The position numbers were made by a program, and so were the translations under genes. Below are positions 46,283 through 55,685 of a DNA stretch of 57,243 nt, piece by piece (position 1 is the stretch's first letter; each line of letters opens with the position of its first letter). This DNA comes from Candidatus Uhrbacteria bacterium. GTDB lineage: Bacteria; Patescibacteriota; Patescibacteriia; JACQRZ01. The stretch is taken from assembly GCA_016206175.1 (NCBI GenBank), contig JACQSB010000017.1, positions 1 through 57,243 on the forward strand, given 5' to 3'. The notes under the pieces are model-generated. The model saw only the letters and a program-made list of their open reading frames with translations, made no database searches and had not been told where the DNA came from.

Positions 46283-48302
46283 AATCGAAGGGTGTCAGGC
46301 CATAGGCCTTTACCTTTTTCTGAACGATTTGCATTCCATCCTGGAATAGCTGTACGGCTCGTGATTCGCTTCGCTTAAGGATTCTGCCGATCTCCTTGAA
46401 TCCTTTTCCAAGCACTACACGAAGCTCCACCGCTGCCCTCCTACTAGAGGGCAGCTCATCGATCGCCGCTAGGATGAGCTCCTGGAGCTTGACGTTCCGG
46501 TCTCGCCGTTCGTCTTGGTACTCCGTTTCGAGCAAGATCTGCTCCGGTGTTGACCGCGAATCCTCAATCGTGTCGATCAGCGACACAGTTTCGTCATCAA
46601 ACATCTGCCGATCAAGCTCAAACTCTCCCCAGATGAGCTGTTCAAGCTCTTCGAGTCTCTCTTGTTCTCCTTGGGTCAATCCCTCCTTCCTTTGTTTACC
46701 CCGAAGCTTTTGGCGCATTCGAAGTTCCGTGGCTTTGTCTGTTTCTCCTTCAACTCCATCAAGCATTGCGCCTTTGATGTAGATGGAGGCAAAGCCTGTG
46801 AAATGTGTTGTTGAATTATCCGCGTTCGGAACGAACTTATCCATTGCCCGTAGAAGTCCCATGATGCCTAGGCTGACAAGATCGTCAAAACTTGTCAGGT
46901 GCCTAAACGGGGGCAAACAGCGATGGGCAATCCACCTCACCGTTGTCAAATGCGCTTCGACGACCTTCTGTCGGATTTTGGGATTACTCCGGTCAGCACA
47001 GAATGCAGACACGATGTCGAGCCGCTCTTGCGCCGAATACTTGCGGTACTTCAGGACACCGGGGATCCGATGTTCGTCAGATTCTTCGCTGTCGTCATCA
47101 GAATCCTCAAATCCATTTTCGTTTTCGATCGGTTCAGATTCATCGAATCGCCTTCTCCTTCCCCGCTTGCGAGCAGGCTTGGGAGAAAGGTCAACACGTT
47201 GAGGCGAATCTGATGCCTGCTGCTTGGGAGATCCCGCCTTGATTTCCGATTCCGCTTTGATCTCTTGCCCGAGACACAGAGCTTTTAAGCGATCGATCGC
47301 TCTGTGCCTTGCTGTCTTGGCGGCATGTTTCTCGCATTCGAGGACGTGGGCGATCTGTTCATCCGTGCATCCGCGCGAATACAGAGTCAATGCCACGATT
47401 TCCCTTGTTGCGAGTTGTGCCAAAACGTCTGGTGCAATAGCTGCAAAAGCTGTAGAGACAAGCTGTCTGCGTTGTGTGTATGCAGATACGCTTGCATGCT
47501 CCAGCCAGAGCGCGGCAAAATCGAAAGACAGTTGTTTCGCAGTCTGACCTTCACCTTCTCCGCTGGCTTGGTCTTGAATGTCGTCCTGTTCCTGTGTCGA
47601 TGTCTCGACAGTCAAGCCAAGACTGATTTCACGCAACAGATCCTTCGCTCTCGCCTTGCGATAAGCGACAGTGCTTTTGGCAAATCCAAGCTCCTGCGCG
47701 ATCTGTTCGTCGGATTTACCCGCGACATACAGACGGAGTACGTCTGCCACTTTGGAAGGAATACGAGCGACCTGTTCGTCACTCAACCCGCCAAAGATCG
47801 CGCCAAGTATGCTGCGGTGTTCGTTGTTTGAATTGGTTGCGTCATAGCTTTGCCACAACTCCTCGGGTGTTGCCGGACCTGGAGAAACCACGTCTTGCTC
47901 TAAGCTGCTGTCTTGAGCAACGATGTCTTGGTCTTGAATCGCATTCACAACCGCTTTATCGGCGGCCGTATCATTCATGCGAGTAACCGTCAGACGATGC
48001 CAGTCATTGCGCGGCGCGCCGAAGATGTCCCGCAACTGTCTGATAGCGTGCGTCTTACGTGTAGGGACATCTTCTTCCCGTATCATTAAGACTGCGGCGA
48101 TATGCCGAGTGGGTTTCCCCTGCCTATAGAATAGATCCAGGATACCCAGATCTATTCTTCCCAATTTTGCGATCTCATCAGGCGTGACGAGATCGAGGAT
48201 TCGACACATGATTCGCTTGCGATATGCTCGCTCTCCATGGTCGTCATACTTCCGGAACAGTATCCGGATTTCCTCTAACCGTTCTTGTGCTTCAAAGAAC
48301 AT
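46281..48302 (-). CDS. sigma-70-family protein with three additional N-terminal region-4-like HTH modules
   Basis: 673 aa. The C-terminal part has region 2 (aa ~440-515, DDLVSLGIMGLLRAMDKF...FASIYIKGAM) and region 4 (aa ~603-664, LPSSRRAAVELRVVLGKGFKEIGRILKRSESRAVQL). Three r4/LuxR-like repeats lie at aa ~33-94, ~164-226 and ~280-343. An AAAGGAGGTG Shine-Dalgarno precedes the ATG. Confidence 0.7.
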   Translation of the reverse strand: MFFEAQERLEEIRILFRKYDDHGERAYRKRIMCRILDLVTPDEIAKLGRIDLGILDLFYRQGKPTRHIAAVLMIREEDVPTRKTHAIRQLRDIFGAPRNDWHRLTVTRMNDTAADKAVVNAIQDQDIVAQDSSLEQDVVSPGPATPEELWQSYDATNSNNEHRSILGAIFGGLSDEQVARIPSKVADVLRLYVAGKSDEQIAQELGFAKSTVAYRKARAKDLLREISLGLTVETSTQEQDDIQDQASGEGEGQTAKQLSFDFAALWLEHASVSAYTQRRQLVSTAFAAIAPDVLAQLATREIVALTLYSRGCTDEQIAHVLECEKHAAKTARHRAIDRLKALCLGQEIKAESEIKAGSPKQQASDSPQRVDLSPKPARKRGRRRRFDESEPIENENGFEDSDDDSEESDEHRIPGVLKYRKYSAQERLDIVSAFCADRSNPKIRQKVVEAHLTTVRWIAHRCLPPFRHLTSFDDLVSLGIMGLLRAMDKFVPNADNSTTHFTGFASIYIKGAMLDGVEGETDKATELRMRQKLRGKQRKEGLTQGEQERLEELEQLIWGEFELDRQMFDDETVSLIDTIEDSRSTPEQILLETEYQDERRDRNVKLQELILAAIDELPSSRRAAVELRVVLGKGFKEIGRILKRSESRAVQLFQDGMQIVQKKVKAYGLTPFD

Positions 48303-48403
48303 CTCGCCACCTCCTTTCGCTCACGAGTTTTGCCAAAAGGATATCCCATCACGCAGACGTTGTAAAGGAAAATTTTGTACGTTGCTGCAGATCCTCACAT
48401 ATG

Positions 48404-48431
48404 AAAACCCCGCAGCATTGCGCGGGGTTCT
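48404..48431 (-). terminator. terminator hairpin after the large surface-protein gene
   Basis: AACCCCGC / GCGGGGTT stem, followed by a T4 run on the minus strand. Confidence 0.55.
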
Positions 48432-48456
48432 TATCGAATCTTTTTACATCTAATCG

Positions 48457-51400
48457 TTAATGCTTTTCAGCAGGTTGCTGATCTGACTGTGCTGTATTCG
48501 GCACTGGCTGTACATCAGCTTTTGGTTCGAGTGGGATGTTGATTTTTACAATCGCTTTATCTTTGGACACTTTCACGGTGCCGCCAGTGTACATGTTTTT
48601 ATATTTCTTGATCTTTACCGGCGTACTTGGAGGAAACGCGTATGCATCTTTGGAGACCTGCAATAGATAATCGCCCGCAGGGGCAAGGAAATTAAATCTG
48701 CCGACATAATCCGTGAGGCGCTGGCGCAACAGTTTCTTGGAGTCTGCGTTAAAGATACTGATTGCGGCAAGCGGGATCGGCTCAAGAGAAAGCGCGTCGA
48801 ATACTATACCCCATGGTTTTTCAAACCGGTGCATCAACGCAATCTGATATAGTGCAAACGCGTAGGTGACGGCAAGCAAGATCACATTAAACGGTTCCGG
48901 CGTGTAGATGGCAAGCAACGCGCTAACCACAAGATTGGCAAGTAGCGTGATGCGCGAATATTGTGTAAACCCGCCTTTGATTTTCTCCCATGCTGATATT
49001 CCTTTCTGTTCCGGCGCAGGAGGATCGATCGGAACATTCAGTATAATGGATTCGTCAGTTTTCGTAAGCGTCACTGATGCGCCACGGTAAATGCTCGCGT
49101 AGTCGCCATCGCTTGTCCCCGTGATGAGTGAAGAGGGAAATACAAACGGCGGTTTCTTCACATCGATGGTATATTCCCCCGGTTTTGGCAAAAAGCTGAA
49201 TCTGCCTTCCTTGTCAGTCACTTGGGTTTCAACCAACTTCTTGTCTTTATCAAACAAACGCACAATCGCAAGATCCACTGCTTGCTTTGAGATCGCATTG
49301 TACACCACGCCCCATGGTTTGCGACGCTTCCGCAATCCAATCCAGGTAAGAAGCATCGCTATTAAATGGTTGAGGTAGTGGTACCAGTTCAGAGCGCTCG
49401 TATACAGCGTTGGGTTCACGGCCGTCACTACCGGCATCGACACAACGACCGCGCTCTGCAATATCGGTTTGGTGTCTTCGACGGTTTCTTTCACGGTTTC
49501 ATTGACTACGATCGCCGCCTCCTGGATCTGCCGAGCCGCTTGTTGCACGCGCGGCAACAGCGCTGCCTGCAGCTTGCCGGTGACAATAGTCTCTAACTCA
49601 ATAATCTGCACTTGGTCATCGGTATAAATAATCTTAAGGACAACCTGTTGCGCGCCCCGCTTTTCCGGCGTGCGTATTTTCGCGGCATAGCAATCGCGCC
49701 TTTTGTCGTATTCCAATGTATGTTTCTTATCTCCGATGAACAGCGACATCTTTTTCACTGGTTTAACAAACGTGCTTGCGGGTATGCAGAGCGATATTTC
49801 TGTGTCCGGCGTTGTATAAATCTTTTTATCAAAAAATGATATCTGTTCTTTTGTCGTGAAATCTTCGAGCTTGAGCGTTTCGGTGCTGATGGTTGATTCT
49901 TCTTTCGTTAGTATTTCAGTCGGCAATATATAGATTTGAATCGGTTTTGCATCAAACAGCCGATCACCGAGCACAGCAAACGCGGAGAAGTGATTGACCG
50001 TTGCAGTGGCACAGCCCGTTGCCTCATCCCAAAGAGTCTCCTCCGGACGGATGCCGTCGATTGGATCAAAAGAATATGTGCGCAACGTCGTGGCATCAAA
50101 ACCTTCCAATTCTTTTTTCGTAAAGCAGAATTTGATCGGGACCGGCTGGGCAAGGGTAGAAACAGAAATATCTGCAGCATGTTCCGTCTCGAGCCGTTCC
50201 GCGCGGATGAAGAACGCTTTTTTGCCGACAACTTCTTTATCTGCGAGTTGCGGTCCGGGAAGCAGCATATTCATCCAGTATTGGGCGAGCTGCAGCGGCT
50301 GCGCAGAAATTTGTGTTCGAAAACCAAACGGCGCGTTTGGCACGGAGTCTGAACTTAACACTGCCTGTACAAGAATACGAGAATCAACCTCATAAGAAAC
50401 ATCTACAGCGGTTGGCGGAGCAACAGGAGGCGGTACGCCAAACCCGCCACTGGTAGCAGGTGTGACGGGACCTTGCGGCACGACAACGATCGTCCGCGGG
50501 GGTGGGAGTTTTTCTACTATGGCATCTTTGCTAAGATTTTTTGGAACAATGATAAGCGGCGGCGCTTCCGGAACCGATGCCTCGCCATTGATCGTTCCGA
50601 AAGACAAGGAAGTAAGCGGCGCGTTTGCTACCGCAAAGTTTGTCATCGCGCTTATGCCAACGCTTGAGGGTGAAATATTGTCTGCTTCATCGTATGCGCG
50701 GATTACAATGTAATACTGCTTTCCGCTTTGCAATCCTTGCAGCGTATATGATTGCTGTACCCCGGGCGACAACGGCAATGGCGGCGCGGGCGCGACAAGC
50801 GCAGTCTGCCATTCTGATTCCGTAGTGATTGGCGCGGTGCTATATCGGATTTCATAACGCGCTGCATTGCGCGTAGCTCCGGTGCCATCGGTATCAGATG
50901 GCGCGAGCCACGAGATTGTGACAGTTGTATCAGAAACAAATCCAAGGTCGGTTGTCGTGACCGGAGCAGGCGCGGTAGTATCGGCGGGAGGTTGTTCCCC
51001 TTCCTGCTTTGGCTTCTCGGGCGGCGGCGGTGCGGGATTCACAGTCACTTGAAGTTCATCAGTTGCTGTGCCGCCTTTGCCGTCAGACGCTGACAGACGC
51101 AACACATACGATCCGGCTTCTGAAAAAGATGCGGTGGTAGCGACTGCATTTGCATTGCCAAACGCCACTGTACCGGGGCCGGATACTTTCGCCCATGATA
51201 CGACAACAGCATCGCCATCGGGATCGCTCACGGTCGCATCGAGGATCGCGGCGCTGGGAAGGGTAAGCGTAAGATCGAGACCCGCGTTCACGGACGGCGC
51301 GCGGTTAGCGGGGTTCACCGTTATTTGTACATCGTCAGTTGCGCTTCCGCCTTTGCCGTCAGACACGGTGAGGCGCAGCACATACGTGCCGGCTTGTGAG

Positions 51401-52323
51401 AATGATGCGTTTGTTGCAAGTGCGGATGCTGCGCTAAACGTCACCGTGCCCGCACCGGATACCTTGGACCAGTTGACAGTGGTCGTGTCTCCATCAGGGT
51501 CGCTTGCGGTGCCGGAAAGACTTGCTTGTGAGGGGAGCGTGATCGTGCGGTCAGCGCCCGCGTTCACGGACGGCGCGCGGTTAGCGGGCGGCGGGGCTTG
51601 TGGTTCTTGTGTTGGGGTTGTGGTTGCCTGTTGTCCGGAAGACGCAGCGCCTCCTTCAGTCGTGGTTGTTGCTCCGCTACTTGGAGCTGTTTCTGTTGTC
51701 GGCGTACTAGCAGCAGGAGCAGCCGCAGCAGCGCCACTTCCTCCACCGCCGGTACCGACTGGAGATCCGGAAACGCTGGTAGTAAAAGAACCGATCACAA
51801 CGCTCAACAATCCTACGTCAGCACCGGAAACAATGGAGATTAATCGGCTGCCGGAAGAAGAGCTGTTTTTCATCTGCCGCGTACCTGTCGCACCGGAAGT
51901 TGCGTGCGTTCCAATGCGGATGGTCACTGTTAATCCCTCAGAAATAGAGTTCGAGACAAGGGGGGCATTCAACTGAACAAGCCGCGATGCCGGGGTAAGC
52001 GTAACGCCCCAGTTGCTATTGTCTGCAGCTGCGGCGAGCGGAAGCTGCGACCCCCCCGCGATCAGATCAATATCATCAACAGTAATAGAGTTAAGGCTGC
52101 TGACAACATCTGAAAGGTGCAACGAGATCACACCTGTCCCAACTGCTACTCCGGATGCGGAGCGATAACTGATCGTGTAATTCGATGCCGCCGCGGCAGT
52201 ATGATCGGTCAATGTCGCGCTCATACTTGAGAGCCGCGCGGCATCAACCGCAGAAGTCAGAAAAGTGGCAGTGCCGACAAGCGCGGTGAGTAATACTACA
52301 AAAAATCGTAAACGATTCATCAT
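48457..52323 (-). CDS. large multidomain surface protein
   Basis: 1288 aa from the ATG at 52323 (ATGA overlap with the upstream stop). Order of parts: signal peptide MMNRLRFFVVLLTALVGTATFL, two near-identical 92-aa PKD-like repeats, an FN3-like segment, then two CarboxypepD_reg-like beta-sandwiches interleaved with TM helices. Confidence 0.7.
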   Translation of the reverse strand: MMNRLRFFVVLLTALVGTATFLTSAVDAARLSSMSATLTDHTAAAASNYTISYRSASGVAVGTGVISLHLSDVVSSLNSITVDDIDLIAGGSQLPLAAAADNSNWGVTLTPASRLVQLNAPLVSNSISEGLTVTIRIGTHATSGATGTRQMKNSSSSGSRLISIVSGADVGLLSVVIGSFTTSVSGSPVGTGGGGSGAAAAAPAASTPTTETAPSSGATTTTEGGAASSGQQATTTPTQEPQAPPPANRAPSVNAGADRTITLPSQASLSGTASDPDGDTTTVNWSKVSGAGTVTFSAASALATNASFSQAGTYVLRLTVSDGKGGSATDDVQITVNPANRAPSVNAGLDLTLTLPSAAILDATVSDPDGDAVVVSWAKVSGPGTVAFGNANAVATTASFSEAGSYVLRLSASDGKGGTATDELQVTVNPAPPPPEKPKQEGEQPPADTTAPAPVTTTDLGFVSDTTVTISWLAPSDTDGTGATRNAARYEIRYSTAPITTESEWQTALVAPAPPLPLSPGVQQSYTLQGLQSGKQYYIVIRAYDEADNISPSSVGISAMTNFAVANAPLTSLSFGTINGEASVPEAPPLIIVPKNLSKDAIVEKLPPPRTIVVVPQGPVTPATSGGFGVPPPVAPPTAVDVSYEVDSRILVQAVLSSDSVPNAPFGFRTQISAQPLQLAQYWMNMLLPGPQLADKEVVGKKAFFIRAERLETEHAADISVSTLAQPVPIKFCFTKKELEGFDATTLRTYSFDPIDGIRPEETLWDEATGCATATVNHFSAFAVLGDRLFDAKPIQIYILPTEILTKEESTISTETLKLEDFTTKEQISFFDKKIYTTPDTEISLCIPASTFVKPVKKMSLFIGDKKHTLEYDKRRDCYAAKIRTPEKRGAQQVVLKIIYTDDQVQIIELETIVTGKLQAALLPRVQQAARQIQEAAIVVNETVKETVEDTKPILQSAVVVSMPVVTAVNPTLYTSALNWYHYLNHLIAMLLTWIGLRKRRKPWGVVYNAISKQAVDLAIVRLFDKDKKLVETQVTDKEGRFSFLPKPGEYTIDVKKPPFVFPSSLITGTSDGDYASIYRGASVTLTKTDESIILNVPIDPPAPEQKGISAWEKIKGGFTQYSRITLLANLVVSALLAIYTPEPFNVILLAVTYAFALYQIALMHRFEKPWGIVFDALSLEPIPLAAISIFNADSKKLLRQRLTDYVGRFNFLAPAGDYLLQVSKDAYAFPPSTPVKIKKYKNMYTGGTVKVSKDKAIVKINIPLEPKADVQPVPNTAQSDQQPAEKH
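51037..51588. repeat. tandem 276-bp duplication (two units) encoding the PKD-like repeats
   Basis: The 28-nt string CGTTCACGGACGGCGCGCGGTTAGCGGG occurs at 51285-51312 and 51561-51588, exactly 276 nt apart. The flanking protein repeats match NRAPSVNAG...SDGKGG...TVNPA. Confidence 0.8.
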
Positions 52324-53255
52324 AAGGATTTTGTGCTCTTTATAGGCAAGGCGTTTCGCAGCAAACGAACGCAGAAGATGATAAGAATCGCTGCAATAAG
52401 AAACCAAATTGCGATGATTGCCAATGGCATCACGCGAAACGCAAATTCCGCATGAAGATTTTTTGCATTGCCTTCCCCGTACGTCAGATCAAGGATGGCT
52501 GTATAGTCACCAAAAACGAAACCGCTATCCCACACAGTGTCGAAACGCCTGGTATCTCCACCGGGTAGGATCGCGGATGCTTCTTTGCCGGTGTTCATCT
52601 CATACTCTGCCACAACACGCTCTCGCGCATCAATGATCTTAAGGCGCCCTTGCGGGATGATATGCGCTGACCCGTTATTTTGTATCTTTGCCACAAACGT
52701 TGCCGGCAGTTTTTCAAACTGCATCCGTCCGTCTTCAGACCCGAAGTATACAACGGCAGCTTCTTCTTGTACCGGCCCATTCACTCGCAACAATACCAAT
52801 GACCCAACTTCCCCAATCGCTTTGACGCCAGCTGTCGGCGATTGCGTCGGCCCCCACAATACTTGCGCATAGTAACCGCCGGAATACGCATAGGCGGGGA
52901 CGCGAATGGTGAGCGTGACTTCTTTTTTCTCTTTGGGTGCGAGTGCCACGATATCATCAGAAAGAGTAATCCATTCTACTAGCGACATGTCGCCTTGAAT
53001 GCCGGCAGGAATAGGAACTCCGCGATCGCCAGGGCCAAACGTGATATTTTGAATCCTGCTTCTTAATTCTAACGATTCGTCGGTTTCATTCAGGAGAAAC
53101 AATTTCTCCGTGAGCGTCTGATCCGGATCCGCTTGCAAAAGCATCTTTGTCGGACCAATCGTTAAGGCAAACGCCCGGTCTTGCGGCAAGAGAAAGAATA
53201 TGGCTAACGTCGTGAAAAAAACGAGGGACGCTGCTTTTATAAAAAAATGTTGCAT
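52320..53255 (-). CDS. secreted protein with C-terminal TM anchor; resembles the DUF916/DUF3324 cell-surface proteins of Gram-positive bacteria
   Basis: 311 aa. Signal peptide, beta-rich body, C-terminal helix LAIIAIWFLIAAILIIF followed by basic residues. Confidence 0.5.
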   Translation of the reverse strand: MQHFFIKAASLVFFTTLAIFFLLPQDRAFALTIGPTKMLLQADPDQTLTEKLFLLNETDESLELRSRIQNITFGPGDRGVPIPAGIQGDMSLVEWITLSDDIVALAPKEKKEVTLTIRVPAYAYSGGYYAQVLWGPTQSPTAGVKAIGEVGSLVLLRVNGPVQEEAAVVYFGSEDGRMQFEKLPATFVAKIQNNGSAHIIPQGRLKIIDARERVVAEYEMNTGKEASAILPGGDTRRFDTVWDSGFVFGDYTAILDLTYGEGNAKNLHAEFAFRVMPLAIIAIWFLIAAILIIFCVRLLRNALPIKSTKSL

Positions 53256-53273
53256 GGGATTCGTTGCATGGGA

Positions 53274-53645
53274 TTAGTAAAGTGAAACATCTAGAATGTT
53301 TTCGATATGGGATATTGTTGGTTCTGCCGCATCTATGCGTTCGATCGCGATGATGTCAAAGCGATAGGAAGTATTCATCGGATACCGGCAAAGAAACTGA
53401 CGCGCCGTTTTACTCATACGATTAATCTTAGACCTTGTCACGCTCTCTTCAGGATAACCGTACCTGCTGCCAGTTCGCGCTTTCACTTCCACAAAAACGA
53501 GCGAAGAACCGTCGCGCATGACCAAATCGATCTCTCCTCCGGCTATGCGATAATTCCGCACGATCAGCTGATATCCTTTCCGCTGAAGAAAAGAACATGC
53601 GAGATTTTCTCCCTGCTCTCCACGCCGCTGTGCGTGCGAGCTCAT
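53274..53645 (-). CDS. yraN: YraN-family (UPF0102) endonuclease-like protein
   Basis: 123 aa with the GE..A..FL...GY.......R...GEIDLV......LVFVEVKAR pattern. Confidence 0.8.
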   Translation of the reverse strand: MSSHAQRRGEQGENLACSFLQRKGYQLIVRNYRIAGGEIDLVMRDGSSLVFVEVKARTGSRYGYPEESVTRSKINRMSKTARQFLCRYPMNTSYRFDIIAIERIDAAEPTISHIENILDVSLY

Positions 53646-54061
53646 TTTTTCAACGAATATTTTTCCAATTGTTTCTTTTTCTCTCGCTCGTCTTTTATGC
53701 GCGGCACTTCAGTGGCAGTATAATGCCAGATGAAGTAAAGCCAGATCGCTAATCCCAGCCCCCAAAGCAGGTATAAGAAACGCATGGAAAGCATAGGGAC
53801 AGCCTCGTACGAGAAGAAAAGCAAAAGAAAACCGACAACGCCCATGGTGGCAAGCAGCGTATTCACTTTGCCGAGCACCTTTTTGTCAGCCGGATCAGTC
53901 GCAATCCGTTTTTTACGAGCCATCATGGAAAGGCAGATGGGTGCCGCAAGAAGCAATCCAAAAAATAGAGCAAAACCGATTGCGGCGGCATCACTCAAAA
54001 ACCCGGGGTTAAAAGTAAACCAGTATTGGACATCAAAGAATTGTTTGTAATCAATCATCAT
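53642..54061 (-). CDS. hypothetical integral membrane protein
   Basis: 139 aa, three or four TM helices. ATGA overlap with yraN. Confidence 0.5.
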   Translation of the reverse strand: MMIDYKQFFDVQYWFTFNPGFLSDAAAIGFALFFGLLLAAPICLSMMARKKRIATDPADKKVLGKVNTLLATMGVVGFLLLFFSYEAVPMLSMRFLYLLWGLGLAIWLYFIWHYTATEVPRIKDEREKKKQLEKYSLKK

Positions 54062-54073
54062 AATGAAATACTT

Positions 54074-54640
54074 TTAGTCGCGACGAAACACGAGTACATA
54101 ATGATAACGGCCGGCATCAAAATCATCGATGAGTAATAATTCGCCAACCTCATAGGCAAGCTCGCGGATTTTCTGGGGTGGGATGCGTAGATTCCCTGGC
54201 GGTCCAAACGGCTGCGATCCTTCTTTCCAATCAATGACAGCCAGACGGCCGCCGGGGCGCAAAAATCGTTTCGCTTCCTTAAGGATGATATCGATCTTCG
54301 TGTTCTGAAAAAGAACGTTAATAATAATGACAATATCGCACGAACCGTCAGGTATCTTTGCCGCGCCATACCTCTCGAGATCAGACCAGACGAGTTCGAC
54401 ATTTTTGATATTCTGTATTTCCAACTGGGGTTTCAGGGCATCTAATACTCTCTTCTGGATGTCGACAGCATAGACTTTTCCTCCCTCCCCCACCATCCGC
54501 GAAGATGGCGCGATAAAATGGCCGCCGCCGCCACAGCCAAGATCAGCAACAACATACGAATCTTTCATATCAAGACGCTTCAATATCTTTGAAGCGTCAA
54601 GAAGTGCTGTCCCGCCTTTAAGTGTCACCTGATTTTTCAT
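54074..54640 (-). CDS. class I SAM-dependent methyltransferase
   Basis: VADLGCGGGGHF motif I. I chose the ATG at 54640; the track start is a GTG. Confidence 0.75.
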   Translation of the reverse strand: MKNQVTLKGGTALLDASKILKRLDMKDSYVVADLGCGGGGHFIAPSSRMVGEGGKVYAVDIQKRVLDALKPQLEIQNIKNVELVWSDLERYGAAKIPDGSCDIVIIINVLFQNTKIDIILKEAKRFLRPGGRLAVIDWKEGSQPFGPPGNLRIPPQKIRELAYEVGELLLIDDFDAGRYHYVLVFRRD

Positions 54641-54749
54641 AAATAACACAAACTCAACTTGAACTTTGAACACCGTTCAGTTTCTTATACTATTTTAGCA
54701 TATATTCTGCTAATTGAACAGTGGATGACTGCCTCAACGGGATAAAAAA

Positions 54750-55685
54750 TCAGGGTACTGTGCCGCGAAGCCGGTTAATGCGATCCTGTACCGGTGGATG
54801 AGTGGAAAGCAGCTTGGCAAACCACGAAATACCGGTATGTTGCCGCCCCTCTTCGATGGAAGGATCATCAATAAACAAGTGAGCGGCAGCTTTCATGCTG
54901 TCGGCAGACTCAACGCGCGCGTCAGTGGAGATTTTTGCAAGCGCATCCGCAAGCGAGTGCGGATCGCGAGTATAAAAAGCACCGGTGGCATCAGCCATGT
55001 ATTCCCGTCTCCGCGAAAGGGAAAGCTTTGTTAATAGCAGGAGTGGATAGCCGACAAGAAGGACAAAAAGTCCCGCAACTGCGATGCCTGATCCTTTTCG
55101 GTTATGGCCGCCGGCGCGTATCATGATCTCGCCAATCATCGCGATGATGCCGACAACCGTGACAACAATCAACTGTAAAAGGATGTCGTAATTTGCAATA
55201 TGCGCCATTTCATGCGCGGCAACGGCCTCTAGCTCTTGTTTGGAAAGCCGTTCGACGATCCCCGTTGTAAAACAGATCACGCTATGATTAGGATTGCGAC
55301 CGGTAGCAAACGCATTCATGCTTGAATCATTGATGAGATATATCTTAGGGGTGGGGAGACCCGCAGTGATAGCGGTATTCTCAACCGTATTGTAAAGATC
55401 AAAGTAGTCTTTCCGTTCAACGGGGCGCGCATTCACAAACCGCAAGATAAGTTTGTCGCCAGAGTGATAGGAGATCAGAGTCCATATCAACACTAATATC
55501 GTTGCAAAGCCGGAAACCCAGGGGAAAACGCCGATGGTAACACTCAAAGCATCTTGCAGCGACAGTTCATCGGAAAGGATGATAAATGTTGCTACAAATA
55601 CGATACAAAGGAGCGCAACTAAAAAAATAATAACCGTCAGAACAGTCCGACGGCTATTGCGCGCAATTTCGTCGTAGATGTTCAT
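54750..55685 (-). CDS. htpX: M48-family zinc metalloprotease HtpX
   Basis: 311 aa. TM helices and the HEMAHIANYD zinc motif. Confidence 0.88.
   Translation of the reverse strand: MNIYDEIARNSRRTVLTVIIFLVALLCIVFVATFIILSDELSLQDALSVTIGVFPWVSGFATILVLIWTLISYHSGDKLILRFVNARPVERKDYFDLYNTVENTAITAGLPTPKIYLINDSSMNAFATGRNPNHSVICFTTGIVERLSKQELEAVAAHEMAHIANYDILLQLIVVTVVGIIAMIGEIMIRAGGHNRKGSGIAVAGLFVLLVGYPLLLLTKLSLSRRREYMADATGAFYTRDPHSLADALAKISTDARVESADSMKAAAHLFIDDPSIEEGRQHTGISWFAKLLSTHPPVQDRINRLRGTVP

Noticed and set aside
51068-51976. A 302-aa plus-strand ORF inside the surface-protein gene. Similar long antisense ORFs occur at 16037-16651, 21823-22332 and 39034-39669.
   Set aside because: All lie antisense to genes with strong family signatures (PKD/FN3 protein, tktC, nrdD, ftsH). 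They have low-complexity or shadow-like composition and no start or SD context.
53249-53275. A 13-nt direct repeat GTTGCATGGGATT with period 14, spanning the start codon of the DUF916-like gene and the stop codon of yraN.
   Set aside because: It is a single small duplication. The second ATG it creates is out of frame and terminates after 10 codons. It is most likely a slippage scar without function.
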